From: Clostridia bacterium
Lineage (GTDB): Bacteria > Bacillota > Clostridia > UMGS1883
Length of the DNA stretch: 64,000 bases
Assembly (NCBI GenBank): GCA_017505525.1
Contig: JAFVPB010000002.1
Location: 163,508 to 227,507 of the forward strand
Direction: 5' to 3'
Below the pieces are notes generated by a model. The model was not told where the DNA came from. It ran no database searches and worked only from the letters and a program-made list of their open reading frames with translations. Below are positions 47,009 through 55,649 of this stretch, in pieces. The position numbers and the translations under genes were made by a program. The first letter of the stretch is position 1. The number at the start of each line of letters is the position of its first letter.

Positions 47009-47671
47009 TTATTTCCTTTCAACAATGTTGTCTGCCTGTTTAACAATAGAGTTTTCAGGGTAAACTCCTCTTAAAGCTGTTAACGGATACACAGAGGTAG
47101 CTTTTCCGATAACTGTGCCCGGATTAAGCACACATCCGCATCCCACATCGGCATTATCGCCTAAAATTCCGCCTATTTTTCTAAGACCTGTCTCGTAGTC
47201 CTCATCTGAGTGGATCACAACGTTTTTTCCGTCTGCCTTAAGATTAGAGCAAACTGCACCTGCCCCCATATGAGCGTGATTTCCCAGAATGGAATCTCCC
47301 ACATAGTTGTAGTGAGGAACCTGCACCTTGTCAAGCAGAATGCTTGATTTAAGTTCGGTAGAATTTCCGATAACACAGTTTTTTCCTGTAATTACGTTTC
47401 CTCTTATATAAGCACCCGGTCTTATCTCGGTTCCCTCTCCTATTATTGTGGGGCCCTCTATTGTGGCAGTGGGGGAAATTTTTACGTTTTCTCCCACAAA
47501 AACATTTTCCTTAATTTCTGTAAACCCCTCTAATCCTTCATCTATAAGCTTTTTGATATAGCCTTTTATTTTCGGAAGTATTTCCCACGGATACTCGCTT
47601 TCAAGAAAAAGCTCTTTAAGATATGGAGTCTCGCAATCAAACAATTCCTGGGTTTTAATGCATTTATTCAA
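47009..47671 (-). CDS. Hexapeptide-repeat (left-handed beta-helix) transferase, GlmU C-terminal-domain-like
   Basis: Repeated [LIV]G..... hexapeptides (IGEGTEIRPGAYIRGNVITGKNCVIGNSTELK...). The only plausible start after the glmM stop is TTG 47671 with an AAGGGGG RBS. Confidence 0.65.
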   Translation of the reverse strand: MNKCIKTQELFDCETPYLKELFLESEYPWEILPKIKGYIKKLIDEGLEGFTEIKENVFVGENVKISPTATIEGPTIIGEGTEIRPGAYIRGNVITGKNCVIGNSTELKSSILLDKVQVPHYNYVGDSILGNHAHMGAGAVCSNLKADGKNVVIHSDEDYETGLRKIGGILGDNADVGCGCVLNPGTVIGKATSVYPLTALRGVYPENSIVKQADNIVERK

Positions 47672-49289
47672 CGCCGTGCCCCCTTTCCAATATAAGCTTT
47701 GCCAAACGTTCTGAATATTCAATACACTTTTCTTCTGATTCACTTTCAATCATAATTCTTATAACGGGCTCTGTTCCACTTTGGCGAAGAAGCACTCTTC
47801 CCTTTTTATTTATAAGCTTTTCTATTTCTGCTGCTTCCTTTAAAACTTCTTCATCGTTAAACACAGCTGTTTTATTTCTCACCTTCACATTCTTTGTATA
47901 TTGAGGATAAAGGCTGAGACCCTCTGTAAGATCAGACAGATTGGTCTTTTTATCGCAAACTTCTTCTGCAATCATTATAGCAGTTAAAAGACCGTCTCCC
48001 GTGGTGGCATACTTTTTAAGAATAATATGACCCGATTGCTCTCCGCCCAGGCAATAATCGTTTTCCTGCATACACTCGTAAACAAAGCGATCGCCAACCT
48101 TTGTCTGCTCGCATTTTATTCCGATTTTTTCAAGCGCGTTTATCAGCCCGCTATTACTCATTACCGTTGCAACAATAGTATCATTATTAAGGGTGCCGCG
48201 ATCCTTTAATCGTCTTCCAAGGATATAGAGCATTGCATCGCCGTCCACAACGTTTCCGTTTTCATCCACGGCAATACATCTGTCGGCATCGCCATCAAAT
48301 GCAAATCCCATATCAAGATGCTGCTCCTTAACGATTTTGCAAAGATTTTCAACGTGTGTGGAACCGCAATTGTAATTCACATTAAGGCCATCAGGCTCTG
48401 AGCCTGTAATTACCATTTGAGCACCTAAGGCACCGAAAAGCGCTTTGGCAATCATCCACGAAGCGCCGTTTGCACAATCAAGGCCGATTTTTAAGTTTTT
48501 ATAGGAATGAGATGCAATAGACATTAAATAGCCCATATATCGGTTTCTTCCCGAAACATAGTCTACAATGCAGCCTATTTTTTCGCGATGAGCAAGCGGC
48601 AAATCTTCTCCCGCTACTCCCAGAGAAGCTAAATCTCCATCGATATATGCTTCAATTAAATCAGTGGTATTATCATCAAGCTTTTCTCCGTGCTTGTTTA
48701 TTATCTTTATTCCGTTATCATAAAATGGGTTGTGAGATGCAGTTATCATTATTCCGCAGTCGAATTCATCCTGCCTTGTAACATAGGAAACGCTTGGTGT
48801 GGTTGTAACGTGAAGCATATATGCATCAGCACCCGATGCCGTAATGCCTGCAACAATAGAATATTCAAGCATATAGCTTGAGCGACGCGTATCTTTTCCC
48901 ACAACAATTCTCGGGCGGTATCCTACCTTGGTGCAGCCTGAAAGTTCGCTTGAATAATACCATCCCAAAAATCTTCCCACTCTATAGGCTTGCATAGAAG
49001 TAAGGGTTCTGTTAGCCTCGCCGCGGAAACCGTCTGTTCCGAAATACTTATTTTTCTCACGCGATCTTTTTGTAAGAACTATGTCGTCCTGCAGCAGCTC
49101 GTCGGTAGTAATTCCAAAGAGCGAGCACATCAAAAGGACCTTATCAAGTTGCGGCATTGCCTGATCCATTTCCCACTTTGAAACAGATTGCCTCGAAACC
49201 GAAATTTTTTCGGCAAGCTGCTCCTGCGACATATTCATATTCGTTCTTAGCTGAGTAATTTTTTCGCCTATTGTCATCTCTATCCCCAT
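47664..49289 (-). CDS. glmM: Phosphoglucosamine mutase GlmM fused to an N-terminal XRE-type helix-turn-helix domain
   Basis: Residues ~5-65, IGEKITQLRTNMNMSQEQLAEKISVSRQSVSKWEMDQAMPQLDKVLLMCSLFGITTDELL, form a Cro/C1-type HTH. They are followed by YFGTDGFRG and the phosphoserine loop TASHNP of GlmM. The start could be ATG 49289 or 49277. Confidence 0.85.
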   Translation of the reverse strand: MGIEMTIGEKITQLRTNMNMSQEQLAEKISVSRQSVSKWEMDQAMPQLDKVLLMCSLFGITTDELLQDDIVLTKRSREKNKYFGTDGFRGEANRTLTSMQAYRVGRFLGWYYSSELSGCTKVGYRPRIVVGKDTRRSSYMLEYSIVAGITASGADAYMLHVTTTPSVSYVTRQDEFDCGIMITASHNPFYDNGIKIINKHGEKLDDNTTDLIEAYIDGDLASLGVAGEDLPLAHREKIGCIVDYVSGRNRYMGYLMSIASHSYKNLKIGLDCANGASWMIAKALFGALGAQMVITGSEPDGLNVNYNCGSTHVENLCKIVKEQHLDMGFAFDGDADRCIAVDENGNVVDGDAMLYILGRRLKDRGTLNNDTIVATVMSNSGLINALEKIGIKCEQTKVGDRFVYECMQENDYCLGGEQSGHIILKKYATTGDGLLTAIMIAEEVCDKKTNLSDLTEGLSLYPQYTKNVKVRNKTAVFNDEEVLKEAAEIEKLINKKGRVLLRQSGTEPVIRIMIESESEEKCIEYSERLAKLILERGHGVE

Positions 49290-49311
49290 CCTTTTTATTT
49301 ATCATAGTTTG

Positions 49312-49340
49312 ATTATACGCCTGTAAACTCTCGTTTACAA
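49312..49340 (-). promoter_or_regulatory. glmM operon promoter with an embedded 7-4-7 palindrome
   Basis: Minus strand TTGTAA (49340-49335), 17 nt, TATAAT (49317-49312). The palindrome TGTAAAC-gaga-GTTTACA (49339-49322) fills the -35/spacer region. Confidence 0.5.
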
Positions 49341-49657
49341 TCAACTCTTCCTTGAAGTTTAAGCAACCCCAGGTTGCGATATTTGATTTTTTCGCTTATA
49401 TTTCTCTTGTTTTTTAGGTTTTTTGTTTTATTTTTGCAAACTTTTCTTTTCATTCTTTCTTTTTTATTATATTCTCCGCAATTGTAAAATATCCTTTTTT
49501 TTACATATGTTGAGTGAAAAAAACAAAAAAACATTGCAATCACACTAAAAGTAGTGTATTATATACTTGGATAGCCGAAAGCGAAAATCCGCCTCTGAAA
49601 ATCGGAGCTTGGACCATTCTTTTTCGGCACAAAACACAAGGTGAAGAGGTGTATATT

Positions 49658-50917
49658 TTGGAAAAACTTAATATCACAGGCGGAAATCCTCTTTTTGGCG
49701 AGATTGCCGTTTGCGGCGCTAAAAATGCCGCCGTAGCAATTATCCCGGCAGCCCTTCTTGTCAATGGCGTATGTATTATAGAAAACGTTCCCGACATTAA
49801 AGATGTCAGACTTATTATAGAAATGCTTGTGCAGCTCGGCGCAAGAGTTACCTACATTAACGATACAACTATCAGCGTAGACAGTACAAGATTAAAAACC
49901 CATATTGCTCCTGTTGAGCTGGCAAGCAAAATGAGAGCAAGCTACTATCTTTTAGGCGCTCTTTTAGGACGATTGAACAAAGCTCAGGTGGCACTCCCGG
50001 GCGGATGTAATTTTGGGGTAAGACCTATCGATCTGCACGAAAAAGGTTTCCGTGCTCTTGGAGCTACTGTTGAAATCACAGACGGCATAGTTTATGTTAA
50101 TGCAGACCACCTTACAGGAGATAATGTATTTTTAGATACAACAAGTGTTGGTGCTACAATTAATATTATGCTTGCCGCAGTGCTTGCAGATGGGAAAACA
50201 GTTATTGAAAATGCCGCTAAAGAGCCTCACATTGTTGATGTGGCGAACTTTTTGAATGCTATGGGCGCAAAAGTTCGCGGTGCAGGAACCGACGTTATAA
50301 GAATTACAGGGGTTAAGGAAATGACCGGCGGAAGCTACAGCATTATTCCCGACCAGATTGAGGCGGGTACTTTTATGCTTCTCGCTGCAGCATCGGGCGG
50401 AGATGTGCTTGTAAGAAATATTATTCCAAAGCATATGGATTGCCTTGTTTCAAAGCTTGAAGAAATGGGCGTTAATATAACGGAATACGATGATTCCATA
50501 CGAATTTCACGCACAGGCGAGCTTCGTGGAACCTCGGTAAGAACGATGCCGTACCCCGGCTTTCCTACCGATCTTCAGCCCCAGATGGTTGCCCTTTTAT
50601 CTACGGTTAAAGGCAGAAGTACAGTTATTGAGGACGTGTGGGACAATAGATTTCAGTATGTTGCCGAGCTTTTAAAGATGGACGCCGATATAACAGTTAA
50701 CGGTAAGCGTGCCGAAATACAGGGCAAAAAGCTTCGTGGAGCGCTTGTGCAGGCTACCGACCTGAGGGCAGGCGCCGCTATGATTATAGCAGGTGTTGCA
50801 GCCGAGGGTGTAACGCAAATCGGATGCCCTCATTATATCGACAGAGGATATACCGATATTGAACGCAGATTGCGCTCAATAGGCGTGAAGATAGAACGAG
50901 TATTTGAGGAAGATTAA
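49658..50917 (+). CDS. murA: UDP-N-acetylglucosamine 1-carboxyvinyltransferase (MurA paralogue 2)
   Basis: GAKNAAVAIIPAA, PGGCNFGVRPIDLH and YPGFPTDLQ. TTG at 49658 with GAAGAGGTG RBS; the 48-aa extension in the track is non-homologous. Confidence 0.92.
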   Translation: MEKLNITGGNPLFGEIAVCGAKNAAVAIIPAALLVNGVCIIENVPDIKDVRLIIEMLVQLGARVTYINDTTISVDSTRLKTHIAPVELASKMRASYYLLGALLGRLNKAQVALPGGCNFGVRPIDLHEKGFRALGATVEITDGIVYVNADHLTGDNVFLDTTSVGATINIMLAAVLADGKTVIENAAKEPHIVDVANFLNAMGAKVRGAGTDVIRITGVKEMTGGSYSIIPDQIEAGTFMLLAAASGGDVLVRNIIPKHMDCLVSKLEEMGVNITEYDDSIRISRTGELRGTSVRTMPYPGFPTDLQPQMVALLSTVKGRSTVIEDVWDNRFQYVAELLKMDADITVNGKRAEIQGKKLRGALVQATDLRAGAAMIIAGVAAEGVTQIGCPHYIDRGYTDIERRLRSIGVKIERVFEED

Positions 50918-50920
50918 ATA

Positions 50921-51727
50921 ATGAAAGGTATTGGAATATGTCCGCTTTCATCAGGCAGCAGTGGAAACTCTGTTCTTGTAGTAACGGGCAATGCAAACAT
51001 CCTGGTCGATTGCGGTCTTACCGGAAAGGCTGTTGAAACAGAGCTTAAAAGAATTGATTTCGACCCGCAAAACCTCGATGCAATAATTGTAACGCACGAG
51101 CATATCGACCATATAAGCGGCGTTGGCATAATGTCGAGAAGATATAAGCTTCCCATTTATGCCACCTTTGGCACGTGGCAGGCGATGATAAATTCTTTGG
51201 GGAAAATCGACGTTTCTCTTATAAGATATATCGCCCCTGATGTCCCGTTTAAAATTAACGAAACGGTTATAACTCCCTTTGAAACCTCGCACGATGCTGC
51301 TGAAAGCATTGGGCTTTTAATAAACGATGGCGAAAGCTTCGGCGCAATTGCAACTGATTTAGGCACAGTTTCGCGCCATATATACGATTTACTCACTCCG
51401 TGCTCAATCCTGATGATTGAAGCAAACCACGATGAACAGATGCTTATAAACGGTCCCTATCCTCAGAATTTAAAAAAGAGGATATTATCCGATAACGGGC
51501 ATCTTTCAAACAGGTTGTGTGGCGCATTGTGTGCAAAACTCGTGCGCGAGGGAAAACTCAGGAAAATTACGCTTGGCCACCTTTCAAGCGACAACAACAC
51601 ACCTCACCTTGCCTACGAAGCAGTGGCAAAGAGCATTGAAAATACGGGGTGCAAAATAGGAAGCGACGTACTTTTGTACGTGGCAAACAGAAATCAGGCA
51701 GGAGAAATGATGGCTGATGACGATTAA
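50921..51727 (+). CDS. MBL-fold metallo-hydrolase (YycJ/WalJ-like)
   Basis: SSGSSGNSVLV...VTHEHIDHISG. Confidence 0.8.
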   Translation: MKGIGICPLSSGSSGNSVLVVTGNANILVDCGLTGKAVETELKRIDFDPQNLDAIIVTHEHIDHISGVGIMSRRYKLPIYATFGTWQAMINSLGKIDVSLIRYIAPDVPFKINETVITPFETSHDAAESIGLLINDGESFGAIATDLGTVSRHIYDLLTPCSILMIEANHDEQMLINGPYPQNLKKRILSDNGHLSNRLCGALCAKLVREGKLRKITLGHLSSDNNTPHLAYEAVAKSIENTGCKIGSDVLLYVANRNQAGEMMADDD

Positions 51728-52193
51728 TATAATATGCGTTGGAAAAATTAAAGAAGATTTTTTTAAAGATGCAGCGGCGGAGTATGAAAAAAGGCTTGGC
51801 CGCTTTTGCAATTTAAACATACATAATCTTCCCGATAAAAGCATTCCCGATAATCCAAGCGCCGCTCAGTGCGAAAGCGTTTTAAAGGCAGAGGGCGAGC
51901 TTATTTTAAAGAAAATCGGAAAAAGCGATACTGTAATTTGTTTGTGCATCGAGGGCAAAATGCTTTCAAGCGAAGGCTTGGCTGATAAAATAAGGGAAAT
52001 TCAAAACTACTCCTCTACAATAGATTTTGTTATCGGCGGCTCGCTCGGGTTATCGGAAGAAGTTAAGAGGCGTGCCGATTTCAAGCTTAGCTTCAGCCCG
52101 ATGACGTTTCCGCATAACCTTGCAAGAATTATTCTTGAGGAGCAAATTTACAGAGCGTTTAAGATTAATAACAACGAAAGTTACCATAAATGA
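51717..52193 (+). CDS. rlmH: 23S rRNA (pseudouridine1915-N3)-methyltransferase RlmH
   Basis: 158 aa, SPOUT fold (INIICVGKIKE...IGGSLGLS...LSFSPMTFPH...EQIYRAF). Confidence 0.9.
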   Translation: MTINIICVGKIKEDFFKDAAAEYEKRLGRFCNLNIHNLPDKSIPDNPSAAQCESVLKAEGELILKKIGKSDTVICLCIEGKMLSSEGLADKIREIQNYSSTIDFVIGGSLGLSEEVKRRADFKLSFSPMTFPHNLARIILEEQIYRAFKINNNESYHK

Positions 52194-52236
52194 GCAGAAA
52201 AAAAGAAAACCTAACGGTTTTCTTTTTTTCTGCTCA
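52191..52236. terminator. Bidirectional terminator
   Basis: 21-bp stem tgagcagaaaaaaagaaaacc / ggttttctttttttctgctca. Confidence 0.65.
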
Positions 52237-52247
52237 TTTACTCATTT

Positions 52248-53174
52248 TCACTCGTGTTCTTCAAAGAATATATATGTATATCCGTTCTCCCAAAGCGTTC
52301 TTGCAGCTGCAAGCACTTTTGCACCATAGTCAGGCTGATAATTGTAGTAGTCCTTATAAAAATATTGCTCGTGAGTTACGTGCCCGATATATTCCTTGCC
52401 AACATTTGCTTTAATGCCGTTTACCAGATACTCTTCATCGCAGAGATTAAGACAAGGAGCATTTGAAGTAAGCGCAAATCTCATTTTCGTTTCTTCATCG
52501 GGAATTGTTTTTGTGTTATAGAGGATAGATTCTCTTTCTTCAGTGGTAATGTGATTATATCCGCAAATAGAATTATCAATCGCTTTATTAAGTCCACCTC
52601 TTTGGTAAAGCATAGTTTCGGGCTTTCTGTTGTGAAGAAGGCGTGCTGCGTGGCCGTATGGCAGAGAATTAGGGTCACCATTATATTCCCTTTTTTCTCC
52701 CGCCGAACAACAAAGCACCTTTATTCCGCCATCGTAAAGAGCACGTACCGCATCTTTGCTTATGGGCATCCAGTGCGGAAGCACGCTTTTTGCAAAAGCT
52801 TTTTCGCCTGCAAAACGCACAACTTCTTTTTTAAGAGCATCAAAATCTCGTTTCACATCGTCGTAATCTGCATTGATATACGGATAATCGGGAAATTCCT
52901 GCTTTGCATGGAAGGCAAGTCTCAGCCAGTCGGAGGCTTCTTCCCATTCTTTTTTATAGGCATCCGTCATATCGGCGAGAGTGAATTCCTCTTCCCCATA
53001 GAAAAAGTCTGTACGGTAAAAACAGTTAAGCTGAACCTTCATTCCGTATTTATCGTGTGCCTCTTTTAACAACGCCAGAAACGGATTATCAAACATTGAT
53101 TTTGGTCTTTCACGTGTTAAATCGCGGAAAACCCAGATAGTATCATCAATTAAAAAACAAGCCTCTCTTTTCAT
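52248..53174 (-). CDS. Conserved hypothetical protein, copy 2 (paralogue of 36938..37870)
   Basis: Full-length similarity to the 36938..37870 product, including GDPNSLPYGHA.RLL.NRKPE and H.KQEFPDYPYINA.Y.DVK. Confidence 0.7.
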   Translation of the reverse strand: MKREACFLIDDTIWVFRDLTRERPKSMFDNPFLALLKEAHDKYGMKVQLNCFYRTDFFYGEEEFTLADMTDAYKKEWEEASDWLRLAFHAKQEFPDYPYINADYDDVKRDFDALKKEVVRFAGEKAFAKSVLPHWMPISKDAVRALYDGGIKVLCCSAGEKREYNGDPNSLPYGHAARLLHNRKPETMLYQRGGLNKAIDNSICGYNHITTEERESILYNTKTIPDEETKMRFALTSNAPCLNLCDEEYLVNGIKANVGKEYIGHVTHEQYFYKDYYNYQPDYGAKVLAAARTLWENGYTYIFFEEHE

Positions 53175-53320
53175 TTAAAGCACCTCTTTTCATTTGATAA
53201 CTTCATTATAGAGATTATATATATTTCATTCAATACATAAAACGTTTTTTTATGGACAAAACAACGTTTTTTTGTTACAATGTATTTAGTAATTATTATG
53301 TATTATGCGAGGTTTTTACT

Positions 53321-54169
53321 ATGTTAGGTGGAATAATTAACTTTTCTGAAATTCCCGACATTGGCTTTTCCCATCATTTTTATACAGATAAAGAATACAA
53401 AGCAACCTATGCACTTGAAAAAAGTCTTGAAATAGCATATATAGAAAGCGGCAATCTTTTATTTTGCTATGAAAATGAACAATTTGCAGTTAAAGAGGGC
53501 AGTATCCTGGTGCTTTTCAGGCATTTGCCGATTAGGCTGTATGCCGATGAAAAAAAGCCTTTTTCTCATTGTTGTATGCAGTTGTTATTTGATTACGATT
53601 TTGAACTGATTACACCTGAACGCACATTAAAGAGCATTCCCGACGGAATCGTCCTACCTTTTATATTTCCCCCATGCAAAGAAACAGAGGAGATAAAAAA
53701 GCTTTTGTTTTCAGCAGTATACGAATATGGTATTTCTGAAAAAAACAAGCTTCTCTCCGTTATGAACGCACTGACAATTCTTCAAAAGATCAGCAATATT
53801 TATAAAAATAATCTTCATCAGAATCAGAAAACGCAATCACTTTTTGAATATAAGATAAAAAAATATGTAGCAAGCAATTTATCCGAAAAAATCACAATAG
53901 ATGAAATTGCAAGAAAACTTAACAGAACGCCAAATTACCTCAACAGCGTATTTAAAAAGGAATGCGGTATAACTATAGGGCAATATATAAGCAAGGAGAA
54001 GGTGCGCTTTATTGCCGAGATAATAAGAAAGGAAAATGTTTCGTTTGCCGTAGCGTGCCAGAATGCAGGCATATCTGATATATCATACGGATACCGTCTG
54101 TTTAAAAAGCATATGGGAATAACCCCTAAAGAATATATTTCGTGCAAAAAAAAGGAATTAACAACTTGA
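53321..54169 (+). CDS. AraC-family transcriptional regulator, divergent from paralogue copy 2
   Basis: C-terminal HTH (ACQNAGISDISYGYRLFKKHMGITPKEY). ATG at 53321 with GAGGT RBS. Confidence 0.85.
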   Translation: MLGGIINFSEIPDIGFSHHFYTDKEYKATYALEKSLEIAYIESGNLLFCYENEQFAVKEGSILVLFRHLPIRLYADEKKPFSHCCMQLLFDYDFELITPERTLKSIPDGIVLPFIFPPCKETEEIKKLLFSAVYEYGISEKNKLLSVMNALTILQKISNIYKNNLHQNQKTQSLFEYKIKKYVASNLSEKITIDEIARKLNRTPNYLNSVFKKECGITIGQYISKEKVRFIAEIIRKENVSFAVACQNAGISDISYGYRLFKKHMGITPKEYISCKKKELTT

Positions 54170-54222
54170 ACCTATATAACAATGGCAGACACTTTTTTGT
54201 GTCTGCCATTGTTATATAGGTT
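54169..54222. terminator. Long perfect hairpin (24-bp stem) between convergent AraC and rsmA genes
   Basis: aacctatataacaatggcagacac-tttttt-gtgtctgccattgttatataggtt. Confidence 0.65.
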
Positions 54223-54245
54223 CATCCCAAACCGAACTCTTTTAA

Positions 54246-55118
54246 TTATCCGTCTGCAAATTTATCACTCAAAAAGCAAAAATCTTCAAGTGAAAGGCGT
54301 TCGCCTCTTATAGTTTCTTCAAACCCTGCTTCTTTAATAACATTAAGCACTGTTTCCTTATCTCCAAATTTTCCGCTTGAGCTAAGCGCGTTTGCAAGCG
54401 TTTTTCTGCGCTGAGAAAAAGCGGCTTTTATAAGAGCAAAAAACAATTTTTCGTCCTTTGGTTTCACTTTAGGCTCAGGTAATATTTCAAGGCTGATAAC
54501 TGCACTGTCGACTTTAGGGGCAGGTATGAACGACGATGCAGGCACAAGCTTTAATATCTGCGGTTCGGAATAGTACTGCGTTGAAACGGTTACTGCACCA
54601 TAGTCCTTGCTTCCGGGCTTCGCACACAATCTTTCGGCAACCTCTTTTTGTATCATTACCACTATCCTTTTAAAAGGAAGGCGGCTTTCTAAAAGCGCCA
54701 TAATTATAGGCGTTGTTATATAATACGGAAGATTTGCCGCAACGCTTACATTCATCCCCGAAAACTCTTCCTCTAAAAGTTTTTTTAAGTTCACCTTAAG
54801 GCAGTCTTCCCATATAAATTTAACGTTTGTGCATCCCGCAAGCGTTTCATTGAGCACATTTTCAAGCCTTCTGTCGAGCTCGATTGCCACAACTTTTTTT
54901 GCATTTACCGAAAGTGCGGCTGTAAGGCTTCCGAAACCGGGGCCGATTTCTATAACACCTTCACTATCAGAGCACGAATGCTGCGCCATTATCATAGGAA
55001 CAGTTTCATCTGTGATGAAGTTTTGCCCCATACTTTTTGAAAATGTAAAGCCGTATTTCGAGCATAAATATTTAATTATCTTCGGATCTGTAATATCATA
55101 CATTGATTTTTCCTCCAA
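54246..55118 (-). CDS. rsmA: 16S rRNA (adenine1518/1519-N6)-dimethyltransferase RsmA/KsgA
   Basis: GQNFITDE, EIGPGFGSLT and NLPYYITTPI motifs. Confidence 0.95.
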   Translation of the reverse strand: MEEKSMYDITDPKIIKYLCSKYGFTFSKSMGQNFITDETVPMIMAQHSCSDSEGVIEIGPGFGSLTAALSVNAKKVVAIELDRRLENVLNETLAGCTNVKFIWEDCLKVNLKKLLEEEFSGMNVSVAANLPYYITTPIIMALLESRLPFKRIVVMIQKEVAERLCAKPGSKDYGAVTVSTQYYSEPQILKLVPASSFIPAPKVDSAVISLEILPEPKVKPKDEKLFFALIKAAFSQRRKTLANALSSSGKFGDKETVLNVIKEAGFEETIRGERLSLEDFCFLSDKFADG

Positions 55119-55411
55119 TAGTAATTAAACATATTATATCCTAAAATCATGCATATTTCAATAGATCATAACTGAAAAAAAGACGATTCACAAGAATCGT
55201 CTTTTTCTGGTGGGAACAATAGGGCGTGGCTGCTTCGCATCCGCCCTGCTTGCCGACCCAAACGCAAAGCGTTTCGGTACCCGTCTGCGCACCAAAAAGC
55301 TAAAAATGATTATCAATCATTTTATTTACGCTTTTTGCCTCCTCGAGGTTCGAGCCCTTTTCATTTTATACACCAAACAAAAAAGACATCCTGACGGATG
55401 TCTTTTTTGTT

Positions 55412-55487
55412 TGGTGGGAACAATAGGGCTCGAACCTATGACCCTCTGCTTGTAAGGCAGATGCTCTCCCAGCTGAGCTATGCTCCC
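55412..55487 (-). tRNA. tRNA-Val (anticodon UAC), CCA encoded
   Basis: Minus strand GGGAGCATAGCTCAGCTGGGAGAGCATCTGCCTTACAAGCAGAGGGTCATAGGTTCGAGCCCTATTGTTCCCACCA. Cloverleaf checked by hand. Confidence 0.92.
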
Positions 55488-55493
55488 ATATTA

Positions 55494-55568
55494 TGGTGAC
55501 CCGTACGAGATTTGAACTCGTGTTACCGCCGTGAAAGGGCGGTGTCTTAACCGCTTGACCAACGGGCC
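55494..55568 (-). tRNA. tRNA-Glu (anticodon UUC), CCA encoded
   Basis: Minus strand GGCCCGTTGGTCAAGCGGTTAAGACACCGCCCTTTCACGGCGGTAACACGAGTTCAAATCTCGTACGGGTCACCA. Confidence 0.92.
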
Positions 55569-55572
55569 ACAA

Positions 55573-55649
55573 TGGTAGCGGCGAGTGGGCTCGAACCACC
55601 GACCTAACGGGTATGAACCGTTTGCTCTAGCCAACTGAGCTACGCCGCC
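55573..55649 (-). tRNA. tRNA-Met (anticodon CAU; elongator-like, no initiator features)
   Basis: Minus strand GGCGGCGTAGCTCAGTTGGCTAGAGCAAACGGTTCATACCCGTTAGGTCGGTGGTTCGAGCCCACTCGCCGCTACCA. G1-C72 is paired and there is no GGG/CCC anticodon stem. A lysidine-modified tRNA-Ile2 cannot be fully excluded. Confidence 0.85.

Noticed and set aside
49514-49657. 48-aa N-terminal extension of the second MurA
   Set aside because: The extension covers the promoter and leader and is non-homologous to MurA. TTG at 49658 has a strong RBS and restores the canonical MurA N-terminus (EKLNITGG).
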